DNA of 64,000 nucleotides from Heptranchias perlo (GCF_035084215.1 NC_090326.1:24862001-24926000); one strand, 5' to 3'. Positions 10,020-23,344 are shown, counted from the stretch's first letter. The notes: generated by a model from the letters alone, not told the origin. Made by a program: numbers and translations.

Positions 10020-11705
10020 GGGGGAAAAATTGGATAGGGCCTGCTTTTGGGCGGGGGTAGCACGATCCGCTCTTACCCTGCGCCCAATGGCCCCTGCGCA
10101 GGCAGGACGAGACTTTCATCAGGCCTGAGGACTCACCTGCAATCTGCGTTGGAAATCAGCGTTGAATGATTTCGCACTTTTCACCAGCAGGGGAAGCTCC
10201 AATTTCTTAAAGGCAGGCTGTCATTTAGAAATCTCTTAAAGGTATCTGGTACCTGTTATTTGCTGAAAATAACAGTCTGCTGTCTGCACAGTGTCTGAAC
10301 GGAGATCAGACATCGCACAGATGCAGGTCCCATTCCTATGTTTACACACTGTTGAGTTATGTTAGAACATTGAATAATGGTTGCGCACCACTGAATTCCA
10401 CATCCCCCAATCTGCATGCCAGACCTCACCAATCTGCCGAAGTGAGCTTGTACCAGGCCTGTGAGAGTCCATGCACCAAGGTTCTCTGCTGATGCACCAG
10501 AGGCTTTGGTGCAAGAGGTGGACAGAAGGAGGGGACATCCTATATTCGCGGCGGGGAGGGGAGGGGAGGGGAGGGACAAGAGGCCCTCCAAACATATACC
10601 CAAAACGCAGTGGAAGGCAGTAGAGGCAAAGTCAATGCCAGGTGCACAGCAACATGAACATGGATGCAGTGCAGGAAGAAGTTCAATACTTTGACATGAG
10701 TGGTCAGGGTGAGTGAGGTCAACTGTCAAGTGGCATCTCCTACCAACTGCACCACTAGCCGCATCCACTGCTCCGCGCACTACACCCCCATCACCCACAT
10801 ACCAACAAACTCTTTCCATCAGTACTCAACTCTTCCAATCAGATGCTTCCTCTCACTCTTACACATTACCACTGTTGCAAGCCGTCCACCCACAACTCAC
10901 AGGCTACACACACTGGCAGCTATTCAACCACAACAGGCACATCACCCAGACACACGTCCTGCTTTCTTGCAGGAGAAGGTAGCACATATCGGGAGGCAGC
11001 AAGTGACAGTGGCATTCAGCCCCTTGAGCCCGTTCCGCCATTCATTGAGATCATGGTGGACCTGTGACCTAACTCCATATACCCGCCTTAGCCCCATATC
11101 CCTTAATACCCTTGGTTCACAGAAATCTATCAATCTCAGATTTAGAATTCACAATTGAGCTATAATCAACCGCCGTTTGCAGAAGAGCGTTCCAAACGTC
11201 TGCCACCCTTCGTGTATAGAAGCATTTCCTAACTTCACTCCTGCACGTCCTGGCTCTATATGTTAGGCTATGTCCCCTAGTCCTACTATTCAAGTCTAGG
11301 AGACTTCCAAAAACAGGTACATATGTCTTGGCAGCCAGAAGCAATAATCCAGCCACTAACCTGTAAATCCTGCATGGCCCCTTTAAATAGCACTGGTGGG
11401 GGTCCTCCAGGCACTCTAAGACACGTTCAGATGGTCGGGGTTAAGACTGTGCGTTGAGTTGAGTGTTAAGTCCCAAAATGGCATCTTTCACTTTAAATCA
11501 GCGTTGCACAGTGATTGTATCCAGTTTCTCCTTACTTTACATGCTTCCGGCGTTTGTTATCTGTGCCTGCGCTAACTCCTATACCAAGATAGCGTCCGGC
11601 GCACGGCATGTTGGAAACGTGCGTGCGCAACCAAGACGCCATCTCGGCCTTCCAGAGGCCGCGTAGCGCCGTAACAACAGGTGCTACACTGCACAATCCA
11701 GCGCC
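10020..11705 (+). mobile_element. Non-autonomous PIF/Harbinger-type element with decayed Myb/SANT-like gene and internal CR1 tail
   Basis: Remnant RVHAPRFSADAPEALVQEV...WMQCRKKFN followed by gtgagt. The terminus GGGGGAAAAATTGG has 3-bp flanks ATA/ACA. A second copy lies at 37350-38889. Confidence 0.75.
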
Positions 11706-11814
11706 ACAGAGTATTATTATTATAGAGTGAAATGTGCCAAAAATACAGATCAAAATTTTAAGATCAAAATGAATGAGCTGTGATAGAGAAGGGCGCATAA
11801 ACATTTGAAACAGG

Positions 11815-12925
11815 AGGGAGCAGGGCAGTGGGATTAATTTTGAATTGATACAGGGCTATGGGGAGAGAACAGGCCAATGGATTAGGTTTAGATTGATACA
11901 GGGCTATGGGGAGAGAGTGAGGCAGTATGATTCGTCTTGGATTGATACAAGGCCATGGGAAGAGAGCAGGGCATTGGGATTCATTTTGAATTGATACATG
12001 GTTATGGCCAGAGGCTGGGGCAATGGGATTAGTTTTGGACCAGTACAGGGCTATGAGGAGATAGTGGAGGAGTGGGATTAGTTTTGGACTGGTTCAAGGC
12101 TATGGGGAAAGAGCAGGGCAGTGGGATTAGTTTTGGATTGATACAGGGCTATGGGGAGAGAGAGGGCAGTGGGATTAGTTTTGGATTGATACAGGGCTAT
12201 GGGGAGAGAGTAGGGCAGTGGATTAGGTTTAGATTGATACAGGGCTATGGAGATAGAGAGAGTGGGGCAGCGGGATTAGTTTGGGATTGATACAGGGCTA
12301 TAGGGAGAGAGTGGGGCAGTGGGATTAGTTTGGGATTGATATAGGGCTATAGGGAGAGAGTGGGGCAGTGGGATAAGTTTGGGATTGATACAGGTCTATG
12401 GGGAGAGAGTGGGGCCGTGGGATTATTTTGGGATTGATACAGGGCTATAGGGAGAGAATGGGGCAGTGGGATACGTTTGGGATTGATACAGGGCTACGGG
12501 GAGAGAGTGGGGCAGTGGGATTAGTTTGGGATTGATACAGGGTTATAGGGAGAGAATGGGGCAGTGGGATTAGTTTGGGATTGATACAGGGCTACGGGGG
12601 AGAGAGTGGGGCAGTGGGATTAGTTTGGGATTGATACAGGGTTATAGGGAGAGAATGGGGCGGTGGGATTAGTTTGGGATTGATACAGGGCTACGGGGAG
12701 AGAGTGGGGCAGTGGGATTAGTTTGGGATTGATACAGGGTTATAGGGAGAGAATGGGGCGGTGGGATTAGTTTGGGATTGATATGGGGCAGTGGGATTAG
12801 TTTGGGATTGATACAGGGCTATAGGGAGAGAGTGGGGCAATGGGATTAGTTTGGGATTGCTCCAGCAAAGAGCCAGCTCAGATGCGATGGGCCAAATGGC
12901 CGTCTCATGTGCTGTGAACCTCTGG
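11815..12925 (+). repeat. 49-bp G-rich minisatellite (~21 units) ending in a CR1 3' tail
   Basis: Unit GGGATTAGTTTGGGATTGATACAGGGCTAT(A/G)GGGAGAGAGTGGGGCAGT with starts at 12272, 12321 and 12370. It runs into gctccagcaaagagccagc..gggccaaatggcc. Confidence 0.9.
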
Positions 12926-14042
12926 GGTTCTGTGTCTGCATTATGCAGGAAGCGAGCACCAGACCCACCTGATTGTCAGAGGCTGGAAAGAGGAGAAACA
13001 GTACCAGATTCGTTATGGTGCAGATAATTCACTGTTGTGTTCCAGGGAGTTAATTACCAATTTGCCACCTCCCATTGGGAATGTCAAACCTTTGATGGAT
13101 AGCGCCTGTGTCCTCACATGCACTGTCGGAAGTCACTAAGCAGCTGACAGATTCTGTGCAGCTGAAGAGTAGATGATGAAACGGTTCAATTCAAAGTGCC
13201 AATCAGTTCATTTGGAAGATACGTTAAATTACTATTTTGCTATAAATAAGCATTTGGTTTGAGATGTCAGCTTCGCAGACCTGCCCTGGTGCTTCTTGCA
13301 TTCATGCTGATGCATCAGTTGGCAATGACCTGAAGTAAAATGAATAAAGCACTCAGGAGATGTCAGGGATTTGAATATTGTTTGAAAAGGAAAGAGAAAA
13401 CTCATGCCCTAATCTCCTCTTACTAACGATTCAAAAGAAATTAAATACAGCATAAACCATACCATTCTATTCAATATGTACTCATCGATCTCCTGTGACA
13501 TTGTACACAGAGGAACGAGACAAAATTTAGACTGAAGCAGGGTTAGAGGCCAGAGATAATTTGACCAGGGTGGCGGATGTAATTCAGTCCCCACCTTAAA
13601 GGCAGACATTCCGTCCTTATTTATAGACATCAGCCTTAGCTCAGTGATGACACACTCAACAACAACAACAACGTGCCTTTATATTGCGCCTTTAACATGG
13701 TAAAACATCTCAAAGCGCTTCTCGAGAGCAATTATTAAACACAATTTGACACCGAGCCACATGAGATATTAGGACAGATGACCAAAAGCTTGGTCAAAGA
13801 GGTAGGTTTTAAGGAGCGTCTTCAAGGAGGAGAGGTTTAGGGAGTGAATTCCAGAGCTTGTGGCCTAGACAGCTGAAGGCACGGCCGCCAATGGTGAAGC
13901 GATTGAAATCGGAGATGTTCAAGAGACCAGAATTGGAGGAGCGCAGAGATCTCGGAGGGTTGTCGGGCTGGAGAAGGTTACAGAGATAGGGAGGGGTGAG
14001 ACCATAGAGGGATTTGAAAACAAGGAAGAAAATTTTAAAATC

Positions 14043-17000
14043 TCTAAACTGCACTCTGAAATGGCCTAGCAAGCCGCTCAGTTGTACAATCCCGCTACAA
14101 AAAGTCGTCATAAGAATAAAACCGGACGGACCTCCCGGCATCGGACACAACAAAGGCAAAGGCAAACCAAGCCCAGTCGACCCTGCAAAGTCCTCCTCGC
14201 TAACATCTGCGGACTTGTGCCAAAATTGGGAGAGCTGTCCCACAGACTAGTCAAGCAACAGCCTGACATAGCCATACTCACAGAATCATACCTTTCAGCC
14301 AAAGTCCCAGACTCCTCCATTACTGTCCCTGGGTATGTCCTGTCCCACCGGCAGGACAGACCGACCAGAGGTGGTGGTACAGTGATATACAGTCAGGAGG
14401 GAGTGGCTCTGGGAGTCCTCAACATTGACTTTGGACCCCATGAGGTCTCATGGCATCAGATCAAACATGGGCAAGGAAACCTCCTGCTGGTTGCCACCTA
14501 CCGTCCTCCCTCAGCTGATGACTCAGTCCTCCTCCATGTTGAGCACCACTTGGAGGAAGCACTGAGGGTAGCAAGGGCACAGAATGCACTCTGGGTGGGG
14601 GGACTTCAATGTCCATCACCAAGTGTGGCTCAGTAGCTCCACTACTGACCGAGCTGGACGAGTCCTGAAGGACATAGCTGCCAGACCAAGCCTGCGGCAG
14701 GTGGTGAGAGAACCAACATGAGGGAGAAACCTACTTCACCTCATCCTCACCAATCTACCTGTCACAGATGCATCTGTCCATGACAATATTGATAGGAGTG
14801 ACCACTGCACAGTCCTTGTGGAGTCGAAATCCTATCTTCACACTAAGGACACTGTCCATCGTGTTGTGTGACACTACCACCGTGCTAAATGGGATAGATT
14901 CAGAACGGATCTAGCAGCTCAAAACTGGGCGTCCATGAGGCACTGTGGGCCATCAGCAGCAGAATTGTATTCCAGCACGTTCTCTAACCTCGTAGTCCGG
15001 CATATTCCTCACTCTACCATTAACAACAAGCCAGGGGATCATCCCTGGTTCAATGAGGAGTGCAGAAGAGCCTGCCAGGAGCAGCACAGGCGTACCTAAA
15101 AATGAGGTGCCAACCCAGTGAAGCTACAACACAGGACTTGGAAATATATCGCCGTTCCTTCATCGTCCCTGGGTCAAAATCCTGGAACTCCCTTCCTAAC
15201 AGCACTGTGGGAGAACCTTCACCACACGGACTGCAGCGGTTCAAGAAGGCGGCTCATCATCACCTTCTCAAGGGCAATTAGGGATGGGCAATAAATGCTG
15301 GCCTCGCCAGCGACGGCCACATCCATGAACGAATAAAAAAAAGGACTACATGCATGCTAAACAGCGGAAGCAACATCCTATAGACAGAGCTAAGCGATTC
15401 CACAACCAACGGATCAAATCAAAGCTCTGAAGGCCTGACACATCCAGTCGTGAATGGTGGTGGACAATTAAACAACTAATGGGAGGAGGAGGCTCCGTAA
15501 ACATCCCCATCCTCAATGATGGCAAAGTCCAGCACGTGAGTGCATAAGACAAGACTGAAGCGTTTGCAACCATCTTCAGCCAGGAGTGTCGAGTGGATGA
15601 TCCATCTCGGCCTCCACCCGAGATCTCCATCACAGAAGCCAGTCTTCAGCCAATTCGATTCACTTAACGTGATATCAAGAAATAGCCGAGTGCTCTGGAT
15701 ACAGCACAGGCCATGGGCCCGATAACATCCCGGCTGTAGTGCTAAAGACTTGTGCTCCAGAATTAGCCGCACAGCTAGCCAGGCTGTTCCAGGTAACGAC
15801 ACTGGCATCTACCCGACAAAGTGGACAATTGCCCAGATATGTCCTGTCCACAAAAAGCAGGACAAATCCAATCCGCCCAATTATCGCCCCATCAGCCTAC
15901 TCTCAATCATCAGCAAAGTGATGGAAGGTGTCGTCGACAGTGCTATCAAGTGGCACTTATTCACCAATAACCTGCTCACCGTTGCTCAGTTTGGGTTCCA
16001 CCAGGACCACTCGGCTCCAGACCTCATTACAGCCATGGTCCAAACATGGACAAAAGAGCTGAATTCCAGAGGTGAGGTGAGAGTGACTGCCCTTGACATC
16101 AAGGCAGCATTTGACCGAGTGTGGCATCAAGGAGCCCTAGTAAAATTGAAGTCAGTGGAATCAGGGGGAAACTTTCCAATGGCTGGAGTTATGCCTAGCA
16201 CAGAGGAAGATGGTAGTGGTTGTTGGAGGCCAATCATCTCAACCTCAGGACATCACTGCAGGAGTTCCTCAGGGCAGTGTCTTAGGCCCAACCATCTTCA
16301 GCTGCTTCATCAATGACCTTCCCTCCATCATAAGTTCAGAAATGGGGATGTTCGCTGATGATTGCACAGTGTTCAGTTCCATTCGCAACCCCTCAGATAT
16401 TGAAGCAGTCCGTGCCCGCATGCAGCATGACCTGGACAACATCCAGGCTTTGGGCTGATAAGTGGCAAGTAACATTAGCGCCAGGCAATGACTATCTCCA
16501 ACAAGAGAGAGTCTAACCACCTCCCTTTGACATTCAATGGCATTACCATCGCCAAATCCCCCACCATCAACATCCTGGGGGTTACCATTGACCAGAAACT
16601 TAACTGGACCAGCCACATAAATACTATGGCTATAGGAGCAGGTCAGAGGCTGGGTATTCTGCAGTGAGTGACTCACCTCCTGACTCCCCAAAGCTTTCCC
16701 ACCATCTACAAGGCACAAGTCAGGAGTGTGATGGAATACTCTCCACTTGCCTGGATGAGTGCAGCTCCAACAACACTCAAGAAGCTTGACACCATCCAGG
16801 TCAAAGCAGCGTGCTTGATTGGCACCCCATCCGCCACCTTAAAAAACATTTGCTCCCTCCACCACCAGTGCACTGTGTACCGTCTACAAGATGCACAACA
16901 GCAACTCGCCAAGGCTTCTTCAACAGCACCTCCCAAACCCGCAACCTCTACTACCTAGAAGGACAAGGGCAGCAGGCACATGGGAACAACACCACCTGCA

Positions 17001-17232
17001 CGTTCCCCTCCAAGTCACACACCATCCTGACTTGGAAATATATCGCCGTTCCTTCATCGTCACTGGGTCAAAATCCTGGAACTCCCTACCTATCAGCACT
17101 GTGAGAGAACCTTCACCACACGGATTGCAGTGGTTCAAGAAGGCGGCTCACCACCACCTTCTCAAGAGCAATTAGGGATGGGCAATAAATGTTGGCTTTG
17201 CCAGCGACGCCCACATCCCATGAATGAATACA
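14043..17232 (+). mobile_element. Near full-length decayed LINE (APE endonuclease + RT; probably RTE-X clade)
   Basis: LANICGL..PDIAILTES..YRPP (EN); [34 protein letters not shown] (RT); 3' tail with AATAAA and tgaatgaat. Inserted in L2 with an approximate TTTTAAAATC duplication. Clade assignment is less certain. Confidence 0.85.
15139..15341 (+). mobile_element. 5'-truncated copy of the same LINE family nested inside it
   Basis: Matches the 3' end at 17030-17230; A-tail; TSD AGGACT at 15133-15138 and 15342-15347. Confidence 0.85.
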
Positions 17233-17560
17233 TTTTTAAAAATCGAGGCGTTGCCAGACTGGGAGCCGACGTAGGTCAGCGAGTACAATGTTGATGTGTG
17301 AACGGGAGTTCATGCGAGTTAGACTACGGGCAGCAGGGTTTTGGATGAGCTCAAGTTTACAGAGGGTACAATGTGGGATACCAGCGAGGAGAGCTTTGGA
17401 ATAGTCGAGTCTAGAGGTAATAAAGGCATGGATGAGGGTTTCAGCAGCAGATGAGCTGAGGTCGGGGTGGAGACGGACCATGTTACGGAGGTGGAAGTAG
17501 GTGGTCTTGATGATGGAGAGTATATGGGGTCAAAAGCTCAGCTCAGGGTTTAGATAGAAA

Positions 17561-18325
17561 GCCAACTTGCCTCTGAGTCAAAAGGTTGTGGGTTCAGGTC
17601 CTACTCCAGAGACTTGAGTACATAATTTAGGCTAACACTCCAGTGCAGTACTGAGGGAGTGCTGCACTGTTGGAGTGCAGTGGAGTGAATCAAATTGGCT
17701 GAAGACTGGCTTCTGTGATGGTGGGGATCTCGGGAGGAGGTGGAGATGGATCATGCACGCGGCACTTCTGGCTGAAGATGGTTGCAAATCCTTCAGCCTT
17801 CTCTTTTGCACTCACGTGCTGGGCTCTGCCATCGTTGAGGATGGGGATGTTCATGGAGCCTCCTCCTCCCGTTAGTTATTTAATTGTCCACCACCATTCA
17901 CGACAGGAAGTGGCAGGACTGCAGAGCTTTGATCTGATCCGTTGGCTGTGGGATTGTTTAGCTCTGTCTATAGAATGCTGCTTCCGCTGTTTAGCATGCA
18001 TGTCGTCCTGAGTTGTAGCACCATCTTTCGGATGAGACATTAAACCGAGGCCCCATCTGCCCCCTCAGGTGGACGTTAACGATCCCATGGCACTATTTTG
18101 AACAATAGCAGGGGAGCTCTCCTGGCCAATATTTATCCCTCGACCAACATCACTAAAGAAACAGATGATCTGGTCATTAGCTCATTGCTGTTTGTGGGAC
18201 CTTGCTGTGCACAAATTGGCAGCCATGTTTCCTACGTTACAACATTGACTACACTACAAAAAGAATTTCATTGGCTGTAAAGCACCTGACGTGTGAAAGG
18301 CTCTATATAAATGCAAGGCTTTCTT
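17561..18325 (+). mobile_element. tRNA-derived SINE (SacSINE1/DeuSINE-like), interrupted at 17679-18019
   Basis: B-box ggttcaggtcc head, conserved core, L2-like tail atataaatgcaag. Confidence 0.75.
17679..18019 (-). mobile_element. Internal fragment of the RTE-X-like LINE inserted within a SINE
   Basis: Reverse-complement homology to ~15123-15665 without the nested insert; no 3' tail. Confidence 0.8.
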
Positions 18326-19409
18326 TTCTCTCTTTAGAAGCGACTGACATGATCTCTCTGCAAGATGGTTTTTCTACAGCCTCCAAAGACAGTGTTATGG
18401 GAAAGAATCAATGAAAGTACTCTTGAGCACTGTAATAAATTTGGTTGATATGAGTGATTGCAGTGGCTGACATTTAATATCGACTCTAAGTGTTTTTTAA
18501 AAATATATATATACTTTTGTTTCTTTTTTTTTGGCGATGTTAATGGCAAGGCCCTGAAGGAATAGAGCGGTAATTGAAATCTGTGTGTGGCTTGAGGCAG
18601 TAATGCTAAAGATATTAAACACTGTAAACTGGAGTAACCAGTGGCAGTGCTGCATACCATTCTTATCAGATGATGAACTCGGTGCAATGCGGGAATGTAG
18701 CTAAAAGTACAGGGAGGAAAACTTGCCAGGGTTAATTCATTAGCCTTTCAGTCATAGGCTCACTGCGTCTTTGCAAAGAGCTTTTTTCCCCTTGCGCTGA
18801 GGTTTTAAATAAGTAATTTGAAAATGCTCTCCGAGTCCTGAGGGATGTATAAAAGTGCTGTGTAGGTGTAGAGGCGTTGGACAAGAAGCTTATTCTGTCA
18901 ACATGAGAAATGAACCATTTGACAGCTTTTAGGAATTTGTGCTAGAATGGATGTCCTTTGCTAACACCAGCTGCAGACATCCTCAGTGTGCGAGTCCATC
19001 GATAACAGTGAACATCGACCATTCTTCGGTGACGGTTGGGAGCAGCATTGACTGAGTTTTGCTATTACAGTCCCCACTGTTTATAACGGGCACGTTCATG
19101 CGAATGTGATTTCCTGGCTATACCCGATGGCCGGTGTAAATGGGTAGCGCTATTACAGTATTCGACTATATAACAAGAAGGTTCCTTCTGTGTAGTGACC
19201 ATTTACCCAGTTATTTCCAGATCCACTCTGACCAGCTTTATTTAACTAACCTGCATTCAATGATGAGTACAAACTGTAACCTCACACCACTTAGATTAGA
19301 AGGGTTTAAGTACAAAATAGGAAATTGAACATTAAAGAGGTGTTAATTACTTACTTATGTTTGTTCTTGCATTCAGTGCACCGTAACCAGGTGCAAACTA
19401 GTGAATAAG

Positions 19410-20010
19410 ACAACAACTTGCATTAATATAGCTCCTTTAACTTAGTAAAACGTCACTTGACGCTTCGCAGGGGCAATTATCAAACAAAATTTGATACCGA
19501 GCCGCATAAGGAGCTATTAGGACAGGTGACCAAAAGCTTGGTCAAAGAGGTAGGTTTTAAGGAGCGTCTTAAAGGAGGAGAGAGAGGTGGAGAGGTTTAG
19601 GGAGGGAATTCCAGAGCTTAGAGCCTAGGCAGCTGAAGGCACGGCCGCCAATGGAGCAGCGATTAAAATCGGGTCTGCGCAAGGGGCAAAAATGGGAGGA
19701 GCGCAGAGACCTTCGAGGGTTGTAGGGCTGGAAGAGGTTACAAAGAAAGGGAGGGTTGAGGCCATGGAGGGATTTGAAAACAAGGATGAGAATTTTAAAA
19801 TTGAGGCATTCCTGGACCGGGAGCCAATGTAGATCAGTGAGCACAGGGGTGATGGGTGAATGGGACTTGGTGCGAGTTAGGATACGGGCAGCAGAGTTTT
19901 GGATGAGCTCAAGTTTACGGAGGGTGGAAGATGGGAGGCCAGCCAGGAGAGCACTGGAATAGTCGAGTTTAAAGGTAACAAAGGCATGGATGAGGGTTTC
20001 AGCAGCAGAG
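19410..20010 (-). mobile_element. L2 3' fragment
   Basis: LHWLPVQECLNFKILILVFKSLHG..LWNSLP. Confidence 0.88.
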
Positions 20011-20439
20011 TAAGCACAGCTGTTTCTGCCTGAAATAAACAGAGCTCTTAAGATGCCAGTACCAGCAATTTTGAAATTGACATTAATGCAAATGACTAAT
20101 GGTTGTTGCTTTTTGGCCGATATAAGCGACTGCCCGTTTTAAACGTGGACCTTTTAAGTGGTGGGGACTGTAGTTAGCTTAGCGCCTCGATGAGGCTCAG
20201 GATGGGAACTATGCAGAGCAGACGTTGCACCCAAGTTTTTTCCTTCCTTCCAGGGTTCTGACTCTAAAGCTGAGTGCCATAGGCAACATTTGTAAATCAA
20301 CATCACTGACTGTTTATTGTAGTGAATATTAAACTAAAGCTGAACATAAAGCAACTGCAACATCTACTTGCCTTTGTATCGGGTTCCTCAAGTGGGTAAA
20401 GTTACAGAAACCCTTATTAAAGATTATCATGGAGCGTCC

Positions 20440-20660
20440 GAATAGAAATAAAATCATAAAAAATAACCAGCATGGGTTCCTGAATAAGGCCTTGCCAATC
20501 TAACTTGCTGGTTTTCTTTGAGGGTGTGACAAAGGTGTTTGATCGGGGTACGGCAGTGGATGTGGTGTACTTGGATTTCAGTAAGGCCTCTGATACAGTT
20601 CCTCTGGAAAGGCAGGTGCTGAAAATAAAGAAAGCGGGAATCAGTGGCAAGGGTCTACAA
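20440..20660 (+). mobile_element. Old CR1 RT fragment
   Basis: FFEGVTKVFDRGTAVDVVYLDFSKASDTVP. Confidence 0.75.
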
Positions 20661-20904
20661 TTCTTGGCTAAGCCTGAAATGGCAGCTGAGGAAGTTGGTG
20701 AAGCTGAGGCTGGGGCTCTGTGCCTGTCTGTGGGAACTTAAGATATTGGCTCTAGTTTTCCTGACATTTAACTGAAGAAATTTTTGGTTTATCTAGGGCT
20801 TAATGTCAGATAGACATTTGGAGAGATTGGCAACAGCCTTGGGGTGGTTGGAAGAAGCTGAGTGACATTAGCATACACGTGGAAGCTCATGGATGCTAAC
20901 TTGC

Positions 20905-21186
20905 TAACTCTCTGTTCCTCTGACTCCGGCCTCTTCTGCATCCCCCCGCCTATCCCCCCACCATTGTAATGCATCCAGCACCTACTCTGGAATTCCTTCC
21001 TTTAATCTCTCTGCCTCTCCACCTCTCCCTCTTCCATTAAAACACTTCTTAAAAACCCACCTCTTTGACGATGCCTTTGGTTGCCCTTCCTAATCCCTTC
21101 TCCTTTGACTCAGCATCCATTGTGTTTACCCTTCTGAAGCACCTTGGGATATTTTTCTACGTTAAGGGTGCTATATAAATGCAAGC
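20905..21186 (+). mobile_element. L2 3' tail, degenerate
   Basis: ctctggaattcc..ggtgctatataaatgcaag. Confidence 0.7.
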
Positions 21187-22214
21187 AGTCGAAGATAACT
21201 CTGTGCTTCCAGTGATGTTCCGAAGCGGTAATATGGAAATGAGGAGGCTAAGGATGAACCCATAGAGTTTACCAGAGGCCATGTTACAGGCACGGGAGGA
21301 GAAGCCACTGCATTCCAAATGGGATGCATTAGTGGTCAGCTAGGATTTAGCTATAAGTTTAAAGCCGATAGAAGAACTGAAAATATCTTCGAGGCATATC
21401 TTCAAACGAGTTGTCTAACTCCCTCCTGTACTGATATTTGATGACAGAAACTGTGGTCGCCAACTCTCCAGTATTGTCCTGGAGTCTCCAGGGATTTAAG
21501 ATTAATCTCCTGGACACTGCGGCAGAGAAAATCATAGGGGCTTTAAAAAAAAATTGTGGTTATTTTTCATTTTCTTTGAACTTTTTCTTTCATCAGTTAT
21601 AAAAATATTGGAGATGGGAATTGGCAACCCTCGCTGTAACTTGAACAAGGTTCTTTCTTGAATGCTGCTCTGAGTAATTGTTTCAAGGAATGTGTTGCCA
21701 ACAGTTTTAATTCTCATCTTTGAATTGAATGTTTTTAATCTTTTATTTTTAATGGCATGATGGAGCTTTAATTGCTTTGCTCTGCGGCTGTTAAATGAGC
21801 AGAGAGCTGCATATGGCTGATGACCAATTGCTATCTTAATAGCTTTAAAATCTCTCCTAAATCAAATTATTTTCTTCGTTAAGTGTGTTCTAATTGCCTG
21901 CTTGCTGCTTTGACAACAAACGACGGCAACCAGGCAGCTAATTGCATGATTATGTTAAAGCAGAGTTCACCAAGTTATTTACTTTTAGTTCTGAGTAGGT
22001 TACTGACAAACTCTTGGAATAATACAGCACAGAAGGAGGCCATTCAGCCTATCGTGCCTGGGCCGGCTCTTTTTCAGACTGTAACTTTTGTCAAGAGCTG
22101 TATTTTGTGCTCACCGTGGTTTTTTTTTTCATCAGAGGCCCCAAAATTCTTGGGGCCAGAGAGGGCAGACAGCATGATTTCAGGACAAGGGATGTGGGGG
22201 TGGGAGTGGGAATT

Positions 22215-22945
22215 TGCAGTTGAACACAGTGCAGGAACAGAGAGACCTGGGGGTGTATGTACACAAATCTTTGAAGTTGGCAGGACATGTTGAGAGGGCT
22301 GTTAAAGAAGCATATGGTATCCTCGGCTTTATAAACAGAGGCATAGGGTACAAAGGCAAGGAAGTTAAGCTAAATCTTTATGAAACACTGGTTAGGCCCC
22401 AGCTGGAGTATTGTGTTCAATTCTGGGCACCACACTTTAGGAAGGATGTTAAGGCCTTGGAGAGGGTGCAGAGGAGATTTACTAGAATGGTACCAGAGAT
22501 GAGGAACTTCAGTTATGTGGAGAGACTAGAGAAGCTGGGGTTGTTCTCCTGAGAATAGAGAAGGTTAAGGGGAGATTTAATAGAGGTATTCCAAATCATG
22601 AAGGGTTTTGATAGAGTAAATAAGGAGAAACTGTTTCCAGTGGCAGAAGGGTCGGTAAACATAGGGCAGAGATTTAAGGTAATTGGCAAAAGAACCTGAG
22701 GTGAAATGAGGAGAATTTTTCTTTCACACAACGAGTTATCATCATCTGGAATGCACTGCCTGAAAGGGTGGAGGAAGCAGATTCAGTAGTAACTTTCAGA
22801 AGGGAATTAGATAAATACTTGAAGGAGAAAAAGTTGCTGAGCAATGGGGAAAGAGCGGGGGAGTGTGATTAATTGGATAGCTCTTTCAAAGAGCCAGCGC
22901 GGTCATGATGGGCTGAATGGCCTCCATTGTGCTGCATGATTCTAT
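22215..22945 (+). mobile_element. CR1 LINE 3' fragment
   Basis: QRDLGVYVH..LVRPQLEYCVQFWAPH..LERVQRRFTRM; tail gggctgaatggcct..gattctatg. Confidence 0.9.
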
Positions 22946-22990
22946 GGTGGGAAGCTGTTTTAGCTTCACACCAGCACTAAATTTACGGCA

Positions 22991-23078
22991 GGTAATTTTG
23001 ACTGCCTGCGGGAGACATGTAAAACGGACTTTCCCGATTTACTATCACCTGTTTTACAAGATCGCAGTCAAAATTACC
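22991..23078. repeat. Short element with 15-bp perfect inverted ends (micro-MITE)
   Basis: GGTAATTTTGACTGC at 22991-23005 and GCAGTCAAAATTACC at 23064-23078. Confidence 0.6.
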
Positions 23079-23344
23079 CCCATAGAATGTCAATCAGATG
23101 TCAAGGCCCGAACCGATTCTGAAGCAAAGCAGAGTGAAACTAGCTCTTCCAGGTAGTCTTGCGCCAGTGTCGGGTTTGGTCATCTGACACTGGACTCAGG
23201 CTGTATTGACACCGTAACTTCGCTGTCAGTCTGAAGCAAAACCATTGTGCATCATGGCTGCAGTTACAGCGTGATTGCAGCCTAAGAAAACTGCAGTGCT
23301 ATCAGCCCATTGTTCAGACGTACTGAGCTTAGGAGCCCATGATC

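Larger units (their letters stand above)
13658..17560 (-). mobile_element. L2 3' fragment (13658-14042 and 17233-17560) split by the RTE-X-like LINE
   Basis: GGRAFSCLGHKLWNSLP and AETLIHAFITSRLDY on either side of the insertion. Confidence 0.85.

Noticed and set aside
11815-12860. CRISPR-like array
   Set aside because: Contiguous tandem units with no unique spacers, no cas genes, and a vertebrate context.
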